From Alphaproteobacteria bacterium (GTDB taxonomy: Bacteria; Pseudomonadota; Alphaproteobacteria; Rs-D84): 64,000 nt of DNA. Below the pieces are notes generated by a model. The model was not told where the DNA came from and searched no databases. It saw nothing but the letters and a program-made list of their open reading frames with translations. Of the stretch, positions 17,096-27,568 are shown piece after piece (within the stretch, counting starts at the first letter, position 1; each line of letters starts with the position of its first letter). The stretch spans positions 1,114 to 65,113 of the forward strand of contig JAFYUU010000019.1 in the NCBI GenBank assembly GCA_017549445.1. Reading direction: 5' to 3'. The translations under genes were made by a program, and so were the position numbers.

Positions 17096-20000
17096 TTAAT
17101 TGAATCCTAATCTTCTTGACACTATGGACGAGACCTGACCACCGACATGTCGGGCTTCAACCTCGATAACATTGTCAAAATACAATTTATAATTTTGCTG
17201 GGGTTGGACATAATACCTCTGTGCCCAATCTATAAATGGTCTTGGTATAGAAGATTTTGACAAACTTTGGAAAGCATGTGTGTTTTCATGAACAATTGTG
17301 TCCAACATCTTGGCAAAATTTGGTGCATCCACAGAGTAGGCAAATTGTCGTGGCCTCATAGACGTTGGATCCCAATGAACACCGTTTGCACCATTCAAGA
17401 CGTTTACATCGTCAATGATTATAACAGTGTTCCCTACGTGGTCACGACGCATTGTGGTCACCAATTCATGAACCTGGTCAACTAAGTATTTTCTTTGATT
17501 ACGTTCTAATTTTTTCCATTGTTTTGCCATGTCGACCAAATCGGTTCTGGTTGCAAATCGAGATACCAATTCATCCGCCAGGTCATTCGCCATGGCTGTG
17601 GCACGTGCCTCGTCAAAGGCATTTACCTGTTTCAACGCACGAACTGCATCTGCGTGGGTTGCAGAATTTTCATATACATATTTCAACTTGGATTCCAAAA
17701 CATAATCTGGCATATCATCATATATTCTGGAAAAAACACTGTCCACACCATCACGCAACCAGTTGGTTGGGGCGTTATCCCATGGACCAAAAATATTTTT
17801 ATCAGATATTGCCAAGAAATACTTGCCAGAGTTATCCATATTTGACGATACATAATACCCCTGTTTCTGCAATGCAGCAATAATGGCAGACACATCATCT
17901 TTGTTGGTGACAACAATTCTGTAATAATCATGCCCCAGTGAATTTTCAGATGCACGACGCAAAAACGCCTGTTTGTTAAATGGCTGCAAGATGTTGGCAA
18001 TTTTGCCCGATGTATCCATATGTCTGAAACGCATAACACGGGCACCGTTTTGTGTGGTCTCGAACAACTCGACATTATGTGCTGCTATTTCAGAATTTAA
18101 CAGATCCCAATCTTGTTTGCTTAAACGGTTTGCCGGCAAACCCACACTTTCCTGACCGCTTAAAAACGCCTTTAAGTATTCGTCAAAATTCTGGCTGGCA
18201 CGTTCACTTAAAGGAATCAACCAATTACCGGGGCTGTTTGCCCAGGATATAAATATATCTTTGTCCGATGCACCCAGGAAACGGCGACCGCCCTGCTCGG
18301 TTCCGGCAGATACGTAAAAGCCCCGTCGTTGCAGTTCATTGATTATATCTGCAACATTATCACCGTCATCAATATAAATACGATAATAATTGGCACCGTT
18401 TAATGACGAACTGCTTCGCAGGAATGCCGATTTGTTAAATCTGCTGACAACGGATACAATGTCATCAACATGAGTGCCCGTAGCACCAACGTGGCCCAAC
18501 CAATGGGTGAATTTGCCAAGTAATCTGGGGGCACTCTTGAACAAATCGTCAATTGCCTGTTCGGGTGCGACAAATATCGATGCCATCATGACGGCCGGGG
18601 TCGCAACCTTTAAGGCAATATCACGCTCGTTCAGGTGCGACGAACCAATCGCAGCCGAAAATTCTGCATCTGATAGCAAAGATGCCATTCTGTCCATTTC
18701 AGATGCAACAACCGACATTTCATCAGGTTCAAGTTTATCTACAATCTCGTTCAAGCGGGCAAAATGCTGGTTCACAATGCGATACGCACACAGATTCTCA
18801 TTGCAGTGCTGGGCCTCGCCCATAAAGGACAAGGCACGATGATGTGGATTTACCTCGTGCAGGCGTTCCAGACCAATAAACACACCGTCAACCGCAACAG
18901 AACCCACAACCGCAACCAAATAATAGGCACCCGTGACCCCTGCCCCGGCAGCGGACGCAATCCCCAGGGTGCCAATCGTCACAACTATACCCGTTGCAAT
19001 GGAAATGCCGTTTCGTATTGTCTGGGCCTGTTTTGCATCATTTAGAACACAGGCGTTTGCACCCTGGTCCCAATGGGTGCCACCAGGTATGGAATCGTTT
19101 GCCAATGCACATTGTTCACGATTTAATGAGCGACAATGTTTTCCATCGTATTTACCACCATGAATCATACAAGAAATACCTGCCATACTGCCGTCTTGTT
19201 CATAGGTTGCAGATTCAGACAAATCGTCAAAGACAAAGTCAACAGGGGATCCGTTCACATAACAGGTTAAAACATCATCTGTTCCAGCAAACGGTCCAAT
19301 CTCGGACAACATCAATGTCGGTGCATAATTACACGAAAACTCAATCAAGGGTTCGTTCTGGGCCGACATATGTGCAATAACATACTGCTTTATTTTTTCT
19401 ATCAACGCAGGGGTCATTTCAACCTGGATTGTATTGGCAAATACCATGTTATCAATACCATATGCGGTTCGCAGATTTGACATGGATGCACCTACAACAC
19501 TGCTAAATACACATGCCAATGCCCCCTTGCGATTGGTAATATTGACTTTTAGACCAAATGTTTGGGCATGCTTGTCAATCAAATCACATACAGTGGCATC
19601 TGTGGTGTCGCATGCACTGGGCCAACTTTCACCAGGGGCAACCATCGTGTCTGCCGACATCCCACTGGGCAAATACTCTAAATCATACAGGGTGCACAGT
19701 GCTTGTTCTGTCCCCTCGGCCAACCAAGCGTCTTTGCTTTCTTCTACATCATCAAATTCGAACTCATAGGCCTCGCCACCGGCACTGCAACGCAGGTAAT
19801 ACTGGCTGGAACGTGTCTGAAAATCGTTTTCACAGGTCAGCATCAAATCATTTTTCTGGCCCCAAATGTCAGCCAGACCAATCGCAGTCAATGGTTGGGT
19901 TTGGACATCTTGGAATACACGAACACATACACCCCATCCGTCACCACACGATGACGAAAATGCAAGGTGTTTGCCGTCTTTGCCCAGGCACAGTTCATGC

Positions 20001-20488
20001 CCCGTGCCATCGTCTTGCCAGGTCCCACCCAATTTTTTACAGGTGGCACGGTTTATTGGTTTGGCTTCCACTGTTTTTCCACGGTTTAGACGGCGGGCAT
20101 CTTTGATTATGCCCTGAATAAATTTAATGCATGTGTCGTGACCAATACTGGCAATTTCATAACCTTCTTGGGCACAGTGACTGGAATGTGGAAATTCCTG
20201 ACAATGGGTAATGTGACCTGCGACACAAACATTCAGCAGGTCCTCAAACGTTATTTTGCCCGTTTTCGAGTTCCAGTGTTTTTGGAACACGGTGGCGGCA
20301 TCCGCCTGGTATTCTGTTGGGATAAATTCGCGCATATTGTCCGCAAATGCAACATAAGGCACACCAACCAACGCAGATAAATTATTTGTGATAATCTGAC
20401 CCTGATCATATGCACCACTGGTAGATGGACCGGCAAAAGCAGAGGCACCAAACATCAAAAAAGGCAAGAAAATCAACATCTTTCTCAT
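17096..20488 (-). CDS. large secreted/membrane protein: Cys-rich N-terminal half, Gly/Ala-rich TM segment, duplicated ~76-aa module, C-terminal HExxH
   Basis: Start taken at MRKMLIFLPFLMFGASAFA (ATG 20488). TM region ISIATGIVVTIGTLGIASAAGAGVTGAYYLVAVVGSVAVDGVFIGL (18869..19006). Repeats at 18218..18445 and 17756..17986. HENTH at 17276..17290. Confidence 0.65.
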   Translation of the reverse strand: MRKMLIFLPFLMFGASAFAGPSTSGAYDQGQIITNNLSALVGVPYVAFADNMREFIPTEYQADAATVFQKHWNSKTGKITFEDLLNVCVAGHITHCQEFPHSSHCAQEGYEIASIGHDTCIKFIQGIIKDARRLNRGKTVEAKPINRATCKKLGGTWQDDGTGHELCLGKDGKHLAFSSSCGDGWGVCVRVFQDVQTQPLTAIGLADIWGQKNDLMLTCENDFQTRSSQYYLRCSAGGEAYEFEFDDVEESKDAWLAEGTEQALCTLYDLEYLPSGMSADTMVAPGESWPSACDTTDATVCDLIDKHAQTFGLKVNITNRKGALACVFSSVVGASMSNLRTAYGIDNMVFANTIQVEMTPALIEKIKQYVIAHMSAQNEPLIEFSCNYAPTLMLSEIGPFAGTDDVLTCYVNGSPVDFVFDDLSESATYEQDGSMAGISCMIHGGKYDGKHCRSLNREQCALANDSIPGGTHWDQGANACVLNDAKQAQTIRNGISIATGIVVTIGTLGIASAAGAGVTGAYYLVAVVGSVAVDGVFIGLERLHEVNPHHRALSFMGEAQHCNENLCAYRIVNQHFARLNEIVDKLEPDEMSVVASEMDRMASLLSDAEFSAAIGSSHLNERDIALKVATPAVMMASIFVAPEQAIDDLFKSAPRLLGKFTHWLGHVGATGTHVDDIVSVVSRFNKSAFLRSSSSLNGANYYRIYIDDGDNVADIINELQRRGFYVSAGTEQGGRRFLGASDKDIFISWANSPGNWLIPLSERASQNFDEYLKAFLSGQESVGLPANRLSKQDWDLLNSEIAAHNVELFETTQNGARVMRFRHMDTSGKIANILQPFNKQAFLRRASENSLGHDYYRIVVTNKDDVSAIIAALQKQGYYVSSNMDNSGKYFLAISDKNIFGPWDNAPTNWLRDGVDSVFSRIYDDMPDYVLESKLKYVYENSATHADAVRALKQVNAFDEARATAMANDLADELVSRFATRTDLVDMAKQWKKLERNQRKYLVDQVHELVTTMRRDHVGNTVIIIDDVNVLNGANGVHWDPTSMRPRQFAYSVDAPNFAKMLDTIVHENTHAFQSLSKSSIPRPFIDWAQRYYVQPQQNYKLYFDNVIEVEARHVGGQVSSIVSRRLGFN

Positions 20489-21441
20489 CTTAATACCCCC
20501 GTGCATTTTTCGGCAACAGATGCCACACGTTTAATCGCAGAAATCTGGGACGCATTAAATACAGTAGCGGTCGTTGCTGCAACCGTCGTCCCAGCAGACA
20601 AAATATTTGCTGTTGTATTCAGATTCTGTTCACGTTTGCGACCCGCATCCGTATTGTCAGCACGTGTTGCGTTCGTATTCGCAACCGCAGAAACGATTGT
20701 TCCAATTGCACCTGTGCCGGCACCAACACCAGACGATACAAGTGCACCAGTCGCACGTGTATCTATCTTGGACAAATCCACATATTCATAATCATCACAC
20801 GCATCTACAATGGTTTGGGCCTCGGATATATCAACACCAGACATACGGGCAGATAACATTGCATTTTTCAACGCATTTACCGATTTAATACAATCTGCAA
20901 CCTGGGTATGCAAGTCCGCATCAACACGATTCGTGCCGGCAATCACAGCACCTGCTACGTTGGTTGCGGTCGCACCCGCCAACAATCCTGTTCGCCAATT
21001 TCCCAGTTTCTTGGATTGATTTTCCAGTTCTTGAATCTGGGCCAAGGTTTTGCTTTTAATTTGGACAACATTATTTTCCAACCCCAACAAAATATCATCC
21101 ATTACCTGGTATTCCCGTTCCAGTTCGGACATCTGAACGTCTGTCAGGGTCTTTTGACGGGCATCTTCGGCCATCTGCAATTCTTTCAATATTTTTTCCA
21201 GTTGTGCCTGCTTGGCATCTTTGTTCGCCTTGGCCAGGCCAGTTGCAGTGGCACCAGCACCGGCAACAGTTCCAACCGCAGTCACCGCTGTATTTATCCC
21301 CGCCAAACGTTTCATATCTGACAACTGGTCATCAATACCAATGCATGCCGTATAAGTTGCACGCAGGGCGTCGTCCAAATCAGCCGAATTTGCATGTGAA
21401 AAAGACGGCAAAAAAGCCAATAAAACAAGCAAATAACGCAT
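20485..21441 (-). CDS. secreted coiled-coil / glycine-zipper-like protein
   Basis: 318 aa. Signal peptide MRYLLVLLAFLPSFSHA. Four Gly/Ala/Thr-rich hydrophobic segments and a central coiled coil. An ATGA overlap links it to the downstream 1130-aa gene. Confidence 0.6.
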   Translation of the reverse strand: MRYLLVLLAFLPSFSHANSADLDDALRATYTACIGIDDQLSDMKRLAGINTAVTAVGTVAGAGATATGLAKANKDAKQAQLEKILKELQMAEDARQKTLTDVQMSELEREYQVMDDILLGLENNVVQIKSKTLAQIQELENQSKKLGNWRTGLLAGATATNVAGAVIAGTNRVDADLHTQVADCIKSVNALKNAMLSARMSGVDISEAQTIVDACDDYEYVDLSKIDTRATGALVSSGVGAGTGAIGTIVSAVANTNATRADNTDAGRKREQNLNTTANILSAGTTVAATTATVFNASQISAIKRVASVAEKCTGVLR

Positions 21442-21505
21442 AAACCTTTCCCCTTACAATAGATATCTGCTGATAATGATAGAAAAATCAAAGCCAGTTG
21501 GTCAA

Positions 21506-21530
21506 TAAAAAAACGCCCCGTTTGGGGCGT
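21506..21530 (-). terminator. terminator of rubrerythrin gene
   Basis: ACGCCCC-GTTT-GGGGCGT hairpin with a T-run on the minus strand. Confidence 0.65.
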
Positions 21531-21535
21531 ATGGT

Positions 21536-22156
21536 TTAATCCAAAACCGAGTATTCACAGAATCCTTCGTTCGTGTCACAACGTGATGTTGTGCCTTCGC
21601 TGATAAAGTATCCCTGGTCGTGCAAGCATGCAGGACATACGGATGGGGCCTCGGTTCCAATATGCCACATACCGCAGTTTGTGCAACGCCACATTACAAT
21701 ATGGTCTTGTTTAAACAATGTGCCGTTTTCAATCGCATCAATCAATGCACGGAAACGAGATTCGTGATAACGTTCGGCATAACCAATGTTCTTTAAGATA
21801 TCTGCAATTGCAGGAAAACCTTCTTGGGCGGCAATTTGTGCGAATTTTGGATACATTTCGGTATTTTCTTCGTGTTCACCGTATGCGGCGGCCTGCAAAT
21901 TTTCCAATGTAGTGCCGATTTTGCCCGCTGGGAATGATGCTGTGATTTCTAAATCGCCCCCTTCCAAAAATTTGAACAAACGAGATGCGTGTTCCTTTTC
22001 CTGGTCCGCTGTTTCCAAAAAGATTTTAGAAATTGCCTGAAAACCTTCTTTTTTTGCCTGAGATGCAAAAAATGTATAGCGATTACGTGCCTGAGATTCG
22101 CCAGCAAATGCAATCAACAGGTTTTTTTCTGTTTGTGTTCCCTTTAATGATACCAT
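21536..22156 (-). CDS. rubrerythrin
   Basis: 206 aa. Ferritin-like diiron motifs (EKEHASRL, YGEHEENTEMY). C-terminal rubredoxin-like CTNCGMWH...CPAC. Confidence 0.85.
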   Translation of the reverse strand: MVSLKGTQTEKNLLIAFAGESQARNRYTFFASQAKKEGFQAISKIFLETADQEKEHASRLFKFLEGGDLEITASFPAGKIGTTLENLQAAAYGEHEENTEMYPKFAQIAAQEGFPAIADILKNIGYAERYHESRFRALIDAIENGTLFKQDHIVMWRCTNCGMWHIGTEAPSVCPACLHDQGYFISEGTTSRCDTNEGFCEYSVLD

Positions 22157-22195
22157 TGTGAACTTCTCCTTTATGTGTTAGTGTTTCTGATGCAG

Positions 22196-22224
22196 ATTTT
22201 AACAGAGAAGATTCATAAAATCAA
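22196..22224 (-). promoter_or_regulatory. sigma70-like promoter of rubrerythrin (TTGATT-N17-TAAAAT)
   Basis: -35 is the reverse complement of 22219-22224 and -10 is the reverse complement of 22196-22201. It shares the 14-mer TTGATTTTATGAAT with the Nudix-operon promoter. Confidence 0.45.
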
Positions 22225-22228
22225 AAAT

Positions 22229-23735
<1,507 letters not shown>

Positions 23736-23769
23736 TTATGCCTCTTGTGTAATATTATAACTTAAAAAC

Positions 23770-23798
23770 TTGCAATTTCCAGTGCAAAAGATTATAAT
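23770..23798 (+). promoter_or_regulatory. sigma70 promoter of ssrA (TTGCAA-N17-TATAAT)
   Basis: -35 at 23770-23775 and -10 at 23793-23798, with a 17-nt spacer. Confidence 0.6.
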
Positions 23799-23804
23799 CC
23801 AATG

Positions 23805-24146
23805 GTCGCAGTTGCGATGATGATTCTGAAGCCGTTGTGCAATAGTCATTTTGGACTGGGGGGCGGTACCCCACAGCTCCACCATCTGATGCGATGAAGA
23901 GTCGTATCTGATTATGGGGCTGACATAGTTTCGACAGGTGATGAAAGACAAATTGGTTGAATCCGACATGGCGTCGTTAAAAGCCGACTAAAAACTGAAT
24001 GGCGATAGAATCGCTGCGAACGACAATGTTCGCCTTGCAATGGCTGCCTAAGATGGCGTTGAGTGTGGTTGGCGATTGTTGACCAAACTCGTTTGAGCAA
24101 TTGCGGGGTCGGTCGGGGACCTGGCACCAGAAATCCCGACATTTTG
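23805..24146 (+). ncRNA. ssrA: circularly permuted two-piece tmRNA gene (acceptor piece, ~31-nt intervening segment, coding piece)
   Basis: The acceptor piece ends ...TGGGGGGCGGTACCCCACAGCTCCACCA at 23884. The coding piece starts GGGGCTGACATAGTTTCGACAGG at 23916. GGGGCTG pairs with CAGCTCC and includes a G3-U wobble. The tag ORF GCG AAC GAC AAT GTT CGC CTT GCA ATG GCT GCC TAA (24016..24051) encodes ANDNVRLAMAA. A 9-bp helix forms between 23807-23815 and 24097-24105. A terminator hairpin lies at 24112-24140. The outer ends are approximate. Confidence 0.8.
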
Positions 24147-24179
24147 TATTGATTGATTAAAAACAAAAAATAGAAGGAT

Positions 24180-24416
24180 ATGAAAATGTTTGGAAAAGTT
24201 AAAAAAGTGTTCTTTACAGGTGTGTTCGGTGTGCTTTACATCTCGTTTATCGCACAGTTAGTTTATGTTCTGGGTTTCATGGCCACATTTGAACAGACAC
24301 TGATGGGGTTGGCAGGATTGTCACTGGAATGGTTGGTTTTGATTGCAGCACGCTATTTATCAAAACGTTCCAGCAACAGTGCACAATATAACAACTTTAA
24401 CAACCGTCGTCGTTAA
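24180..24416 (+). CDS. small membrane protein
   Basis: 78 aa with two predicted TM helices (FFTGVFGVLYISFIAQLVYVLGF; GLAGLSLEWLVLIAARYL). A GAAGGA RBS is present. Confidence 0.5.
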   Translation: MKMFGKVKKVFFTGVFGVLYISFIAQLVYVLGFMATFEQTLMGLAGLSLEWLVLIAARYLSKRSSNSAQYNNFNNRRR

Positions 24417-24425
24417 AGAAATTCG

Positions 24426-24447
24426 CCCGCCAAATGGCGGGTTTTTT
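24426..24447 (+). terminator. rho-independent terminator
   Basis: CCCGCC-AAAT-GGCGGG followed by TTTTTT. Confidence 0.7.
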
Positions 24448-24513
24448 AATACGAATTTTTACCAGTTTTATATCCTTGAAAAGTTGTTAAAATGTATTAT
24501 ATTTATCTGTGCT

Positions 24514-26271
24514 ATGAAACAATATATTTTACCTTTTCGGGATTTTGTGGTGCACCCGGGCCTGACGGTTCCTGTGTACATTGATAATAAGACATCTATT
24601 GCATGTATCGAATCCGCCGGCAAAACAGGCCAGCGGTTGGTTTTGGTCGCACAACGCAGTTGGAATTATCCTTCTTCGCCAAAAGATATTTATACAACCG
24701 GAACAATCGGGGACATTGTTCAGATTCTGCGTATGCCAGACGGTTCTGTGCATGCAATCATCAGAACAACTGATGCGGTAAAATTAGACGACATTGTTAT
24801 GGAAGACGGTTTGTTCGTTGGTGTGGCAACACCTATTGTTGTGCAGGACGACACCAATCACGAACAGACAATCGCACTGCGTGACAGAATTGCGGATAAT
24901 ATGCAACTGATTGCCAGCAGCAAACGAATTAAAATGGATAAACTGCGGACGATTATAAATGACTATCCCCTGCCCGCCTTTATCGATGCCGTTGTCCAAA
25001 GTGCAGAAATTGACACAGAACCAGCACTAAAAATTTTAGAAGCAACTTCGTGGCGGGAAAAACTGATTATCCTGCTGGAACAGGTGAACTTGATTGCAGA
25101 AACAGTTAAAATTGAAGAAGCAATCAACAAACGTATTCATCAGCAGATGGAAAATGGCAGACGTGAAGCAATCTTGCAGGAAAAAATGCGTGCCATACAA
25201 AAGGAAATGGGCGAAGATGATTTAGAAGCCGACACCGCAAACATTCGCAAACGGATTGAAAAATCACATATGCCTGCATCTGCCAAAGAAAAGGCAATGG
25301 GTGAATGGAAACGTATGCGGTCTATGTCGCCTATGTCAAACGAAGGTGGTTTGTTAAAGACGTATTTAGACGAACTGTTATCTATGCCGTGGAACAAGGC
25401 GGATAAACATCAAATTGATTTGAACGTGGCACGTGGGGTATTGGATTCGGAACACTCGGGCATGCAGGGGGTCAAGGAACGAATACTGGAACACATCGCA
25501 GTGATGAAAAAGACAAAATCTAACCAGGGCAGTATCTTGTGCTTTGTCGGGGCACCTGGGGTTGGAAAAACATCACTGGGAAAATCAATTGCAACCGCAC
25601 TGGGACGCAAATATCAGCGTATATCGCTGGGGGGAATTTCAGACGAGGCACATTTCCGTGGACATCGCAAAACATATATCGGTGCCCAAACAGGACGCAT
25701 TATGGACGCATTAAAGCGTTGCAAAACAAATAACCCTGTTATCGTGTTAGACGAAATTGATAAAATGGGACGTGATTGGAGGGGAGATCCAGAATCCGCC
25801 CTGTTGGAAATTCTGGACCCAGAACAAAACAAGGCATTTCGTGATCACTATTTGGAAGTGGACTTTGACCTGTCCAATGTGATGTTTATCGCAACGGCAA
25901 ACAGTTTAAATCTGTCAAACGCATTAAAAGACCGTATGGAGATTATAGAAATCCCAGGGTATTCCATGGACGAAAAGGTGCGTATTGCACGGGAACACTT
26001 GATTGAACGGTCTGCACGTGATACCGGTTGGGATATGGAAAACATCGTAATCAGTGATGATGCAATCAGACACTTGATTCAGAACTACACTTCCGAACAA
26101 GGTGTCAGACAGTTGCAACGTGAAATTACCGCAATATTACGCCGGTCTTTGTTGGAAAACAATGCAGAAGACGTTAGAACAGAATTTACACCAGAAAAAA
26201 TTGATGAATTGTTGGCAGTCAGACAAACCGCTGGATTTGCCAAGAAAATCGGATTTGGGGTGCGTGTATGA
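24514..26271 (+). CDS. Lon-like AAA+ ATPase (Lon N-domain + AAA+ module) lacking the S16 protease domain
   Basis: Start at MKQYILPFRDFVVHPGLTVPVYI (Lon substrate-binding N-domain). Walker A GAPGVGKTSLGKSIA and Walker B VIVLDEIDK. It ends ...AVRQTAGFAKKIGFGVRV at aa 585, where the protease domain of Lon would begin. Confidence 0.75.
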   Translation: MKQYILPFRDFVVHPGLTVPVYIDNKTSIACIESAGKTGQRLVLVAQRSWNYPSSPKDIYTTGTIGDIVQILRMPDGSVHAIIRTTDAVKLDDIVMEDGLFVGVATPIVVQDDTNHEQTIALRDRIADNMQLIASSKRIKMDKLRTIINDYPLPAFIDAVVQSAEIDTEPALKILEATSWREKLIILLEQVNLIAETVKIEEAINKRIHQQMENGRREAILQEKMRAIQKEMGEDDLEADTANIRKRIEKSHMPASAKEKAMGEWKRMRSMSPMSNEGGLLKTYLDELLSMPWNKADKHQIDLNVARGVLDSEHSGMQGVKERILEHIAVMKKTKSNQGSILCFVGAPGVGKTSLGKSIATALGRKYQRISLGGISDEAHFRGHRKTYIGAQTGRIMDALKRCKTNNPVIVLDEIDKMGRDWRGDPESALLEILDPEQNKAFRDHYLEVDFDLSNVMFIATANSLNLSNALKDRMEIIEIPGYSMDEKVRIAREHLIERSARDTGWDMENIVISDDAIRHLIQNYTSEQGVRQLQREITAILRRSLLENNAEDVRTEFTPEKIDELLAVRQTAGFAKKIGFGVRV

Positions 26272-26636
26272 AAACAAATACAATTATTCTGAATGGAAAA
26301 CCCGTTGATGCCGTGGTGTTTGGTGACGGGCAACAACAAATTGATTTCTTTAACACGCTGGCAGAATATGCAAACGGGCATAATTTTCAGTTCATGTCTC
26401 GTTTGCAGAACTCGCAATGGCCAGGTATGGTTGATACCATCGTTTTGGCATCCAGCGACAAATACGACATTCGTGTCACAGAAACAAAAATCCCAGGGGC
26501 AAGACCACCGTTTGACCATGCAAGATATCGTTTCTATGTCATAGACAAGGAAGCGAACCAAACCCAGTCCGGATACGGAACGATTTCACATTATATCTGG
26601 GATTTAATGCAAGAGGTAAGGAACAAGCAAAAATGA
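26268..26636 (+). CDS. hypothetical protein
   Basis: 122 aa. ATGA overlap with the Lon-like gene. No Ser-Lys protease motif. Confidence 0.5.
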   Translation: MKTNTIILNGKPVDAVVFGDGQQQIDFFNTLAEYANGHNFQFMSRLQNSQWPGMVDTIVLASSDKYDIRVTETKIPGARPPFDHARYRFYVIDKEANQTQSGYGTISHYIWDLMQEVRNKQK

Positions 26637-27175
26637 TTCTGATTATAAATACATCTGGCAACAATTTAGAGTTTGTTCTGAATGAAAATCACAAATCTGT
26701 GGTTGTGGAAAAGCAATCTGTTGCCCTGCCGATTGAGACCGAAAGATTTATCAATGAATGTGGGGCTAAATGGTCTGATTTAACCGCCGTAGGTGTGGTT
26801 GTAGGGCCAGGCAGTTTTACAGGCATTCGTTTGGGCATAGCATATGCCAAGGGATTGGCAATGGGATTGAAAATACCTGTGGTTGGAATAAACTTGTTTG
26901 ATTTATATCTGGCACAGACACCTGATGCATTTGTTGCGATTGAATCAGGACGTGGTGATTTCTTTGTTGGGGCAAAAAATTTAGAACCACAAGTTATGGA
27001 AATTGATGAATTAGAGACAAAACAAATGGAGTGGCCAAGAACCGTTGGACACAAACCTTTTGATTTGAGGTTGGGGGTAAAAATTGTGCAGGACAAAATA
27101 CAAAGTGGAAACACCGATGCGGTGGTGCCAATGTATCTGCGTCCCAGTTATGCTGAACAACCAAAAAGGAAATAG
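26633..27175 (+). CDS. tsaB: tRNA threonylcarbamoyladenosine biosynthesis protein TsaB
   Basis: 180 aa with the motif GPGSFTGIRLGIAYAKGLA. The gene is short, and rimI lies in the same operon. Confidence 0.75.
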   Translation: MILIINTSGNNLEFVLNENHKSVVVEKQSVALPIETERFINECGAKWSDLTAVGVVVGPGSFTGIRLGIAYAKGLAMGLKIPVVGINLFDLYLAQTPDAFVAIESGRGDFFVGAKNLEPQVMEIDELETKQMEWPRTVGHKPFDLRLGVKIVQDKIQSGNTDAVVPMYLRPSYAEQPKRK

Positions 27176-27176
27176 T

Positions 27177-27551
27177 ATGGCAAATATTTTTCAGAAATTT
27201 TTTCGCCCAGAATATCAATGGCGTTTGTTGGACATTGTTGAACAATATGAGATTACAGAATCTTTTCATAAATATGACACACAACATATGACACCATGTG
27301 GACATCCTGTTTTTGGAACTGGGTCTGAACGGAAATATTCAATTACGACCGGTGATACATTTATAATAGCAACACGTAAATACGATTCCACATACAGACA
27401 CCCAATATCAGTTCGTTTATACGTTCAACGCAAACGCACAGACGGCGACAAACGTATGTCTGAACACAGCGAAGAAAACACGGCCTTTGCATATAAAATC
27501 TATGGTCTGATGCGGGACAAATACATCGGCGAACGTCAATTCACATGGTAA
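27177..27551 (+). CDS. hypothetical protein, paralog A of a tandem pair
   Basis: Start at MANIFQKFFRPEYQWRLLDIVEQYEIT. The track ORF 27084.. carries an unlikely N-terminal extension that overlaps tsaB. Confidence 0.5.
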   Translation: MANIFQKFFRPEYQWRLLDIVEQYEITESFHKYDTQHMTPCGHPVFGTGSERKYSITTGDTFIIATRKYDSTYRHPISVRLYVQRKRTDGDKRMSEHSEENTAFAYKIYGLMRDKYIGERQFTW

Positions 27552-27568
27552 ACAAAGGAAATACAATA

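Noticed and set aside
23736-24166. Two minus-strand ORFs (77 and 84 aa) between obg and the small membrane protein.
   Set aside because: The region is fully explained by the permuted ssrA gene on the + strand.
24343-24513. N-terminal extension of the Lon-like ORF. Similar extensions occur at 39272..39391 (SIMPL), 48737..48838 (dnaK), 41756..41815 (rpsD), 59216..59338 (rpoZ) and 61013..61078 (PBP).
   Set aside because: The extensions overlap terminators, promoters or upstream genes. They lack conservation-like sequence, and a downstream Met gives the canonical N-terminus, often with an RBS.
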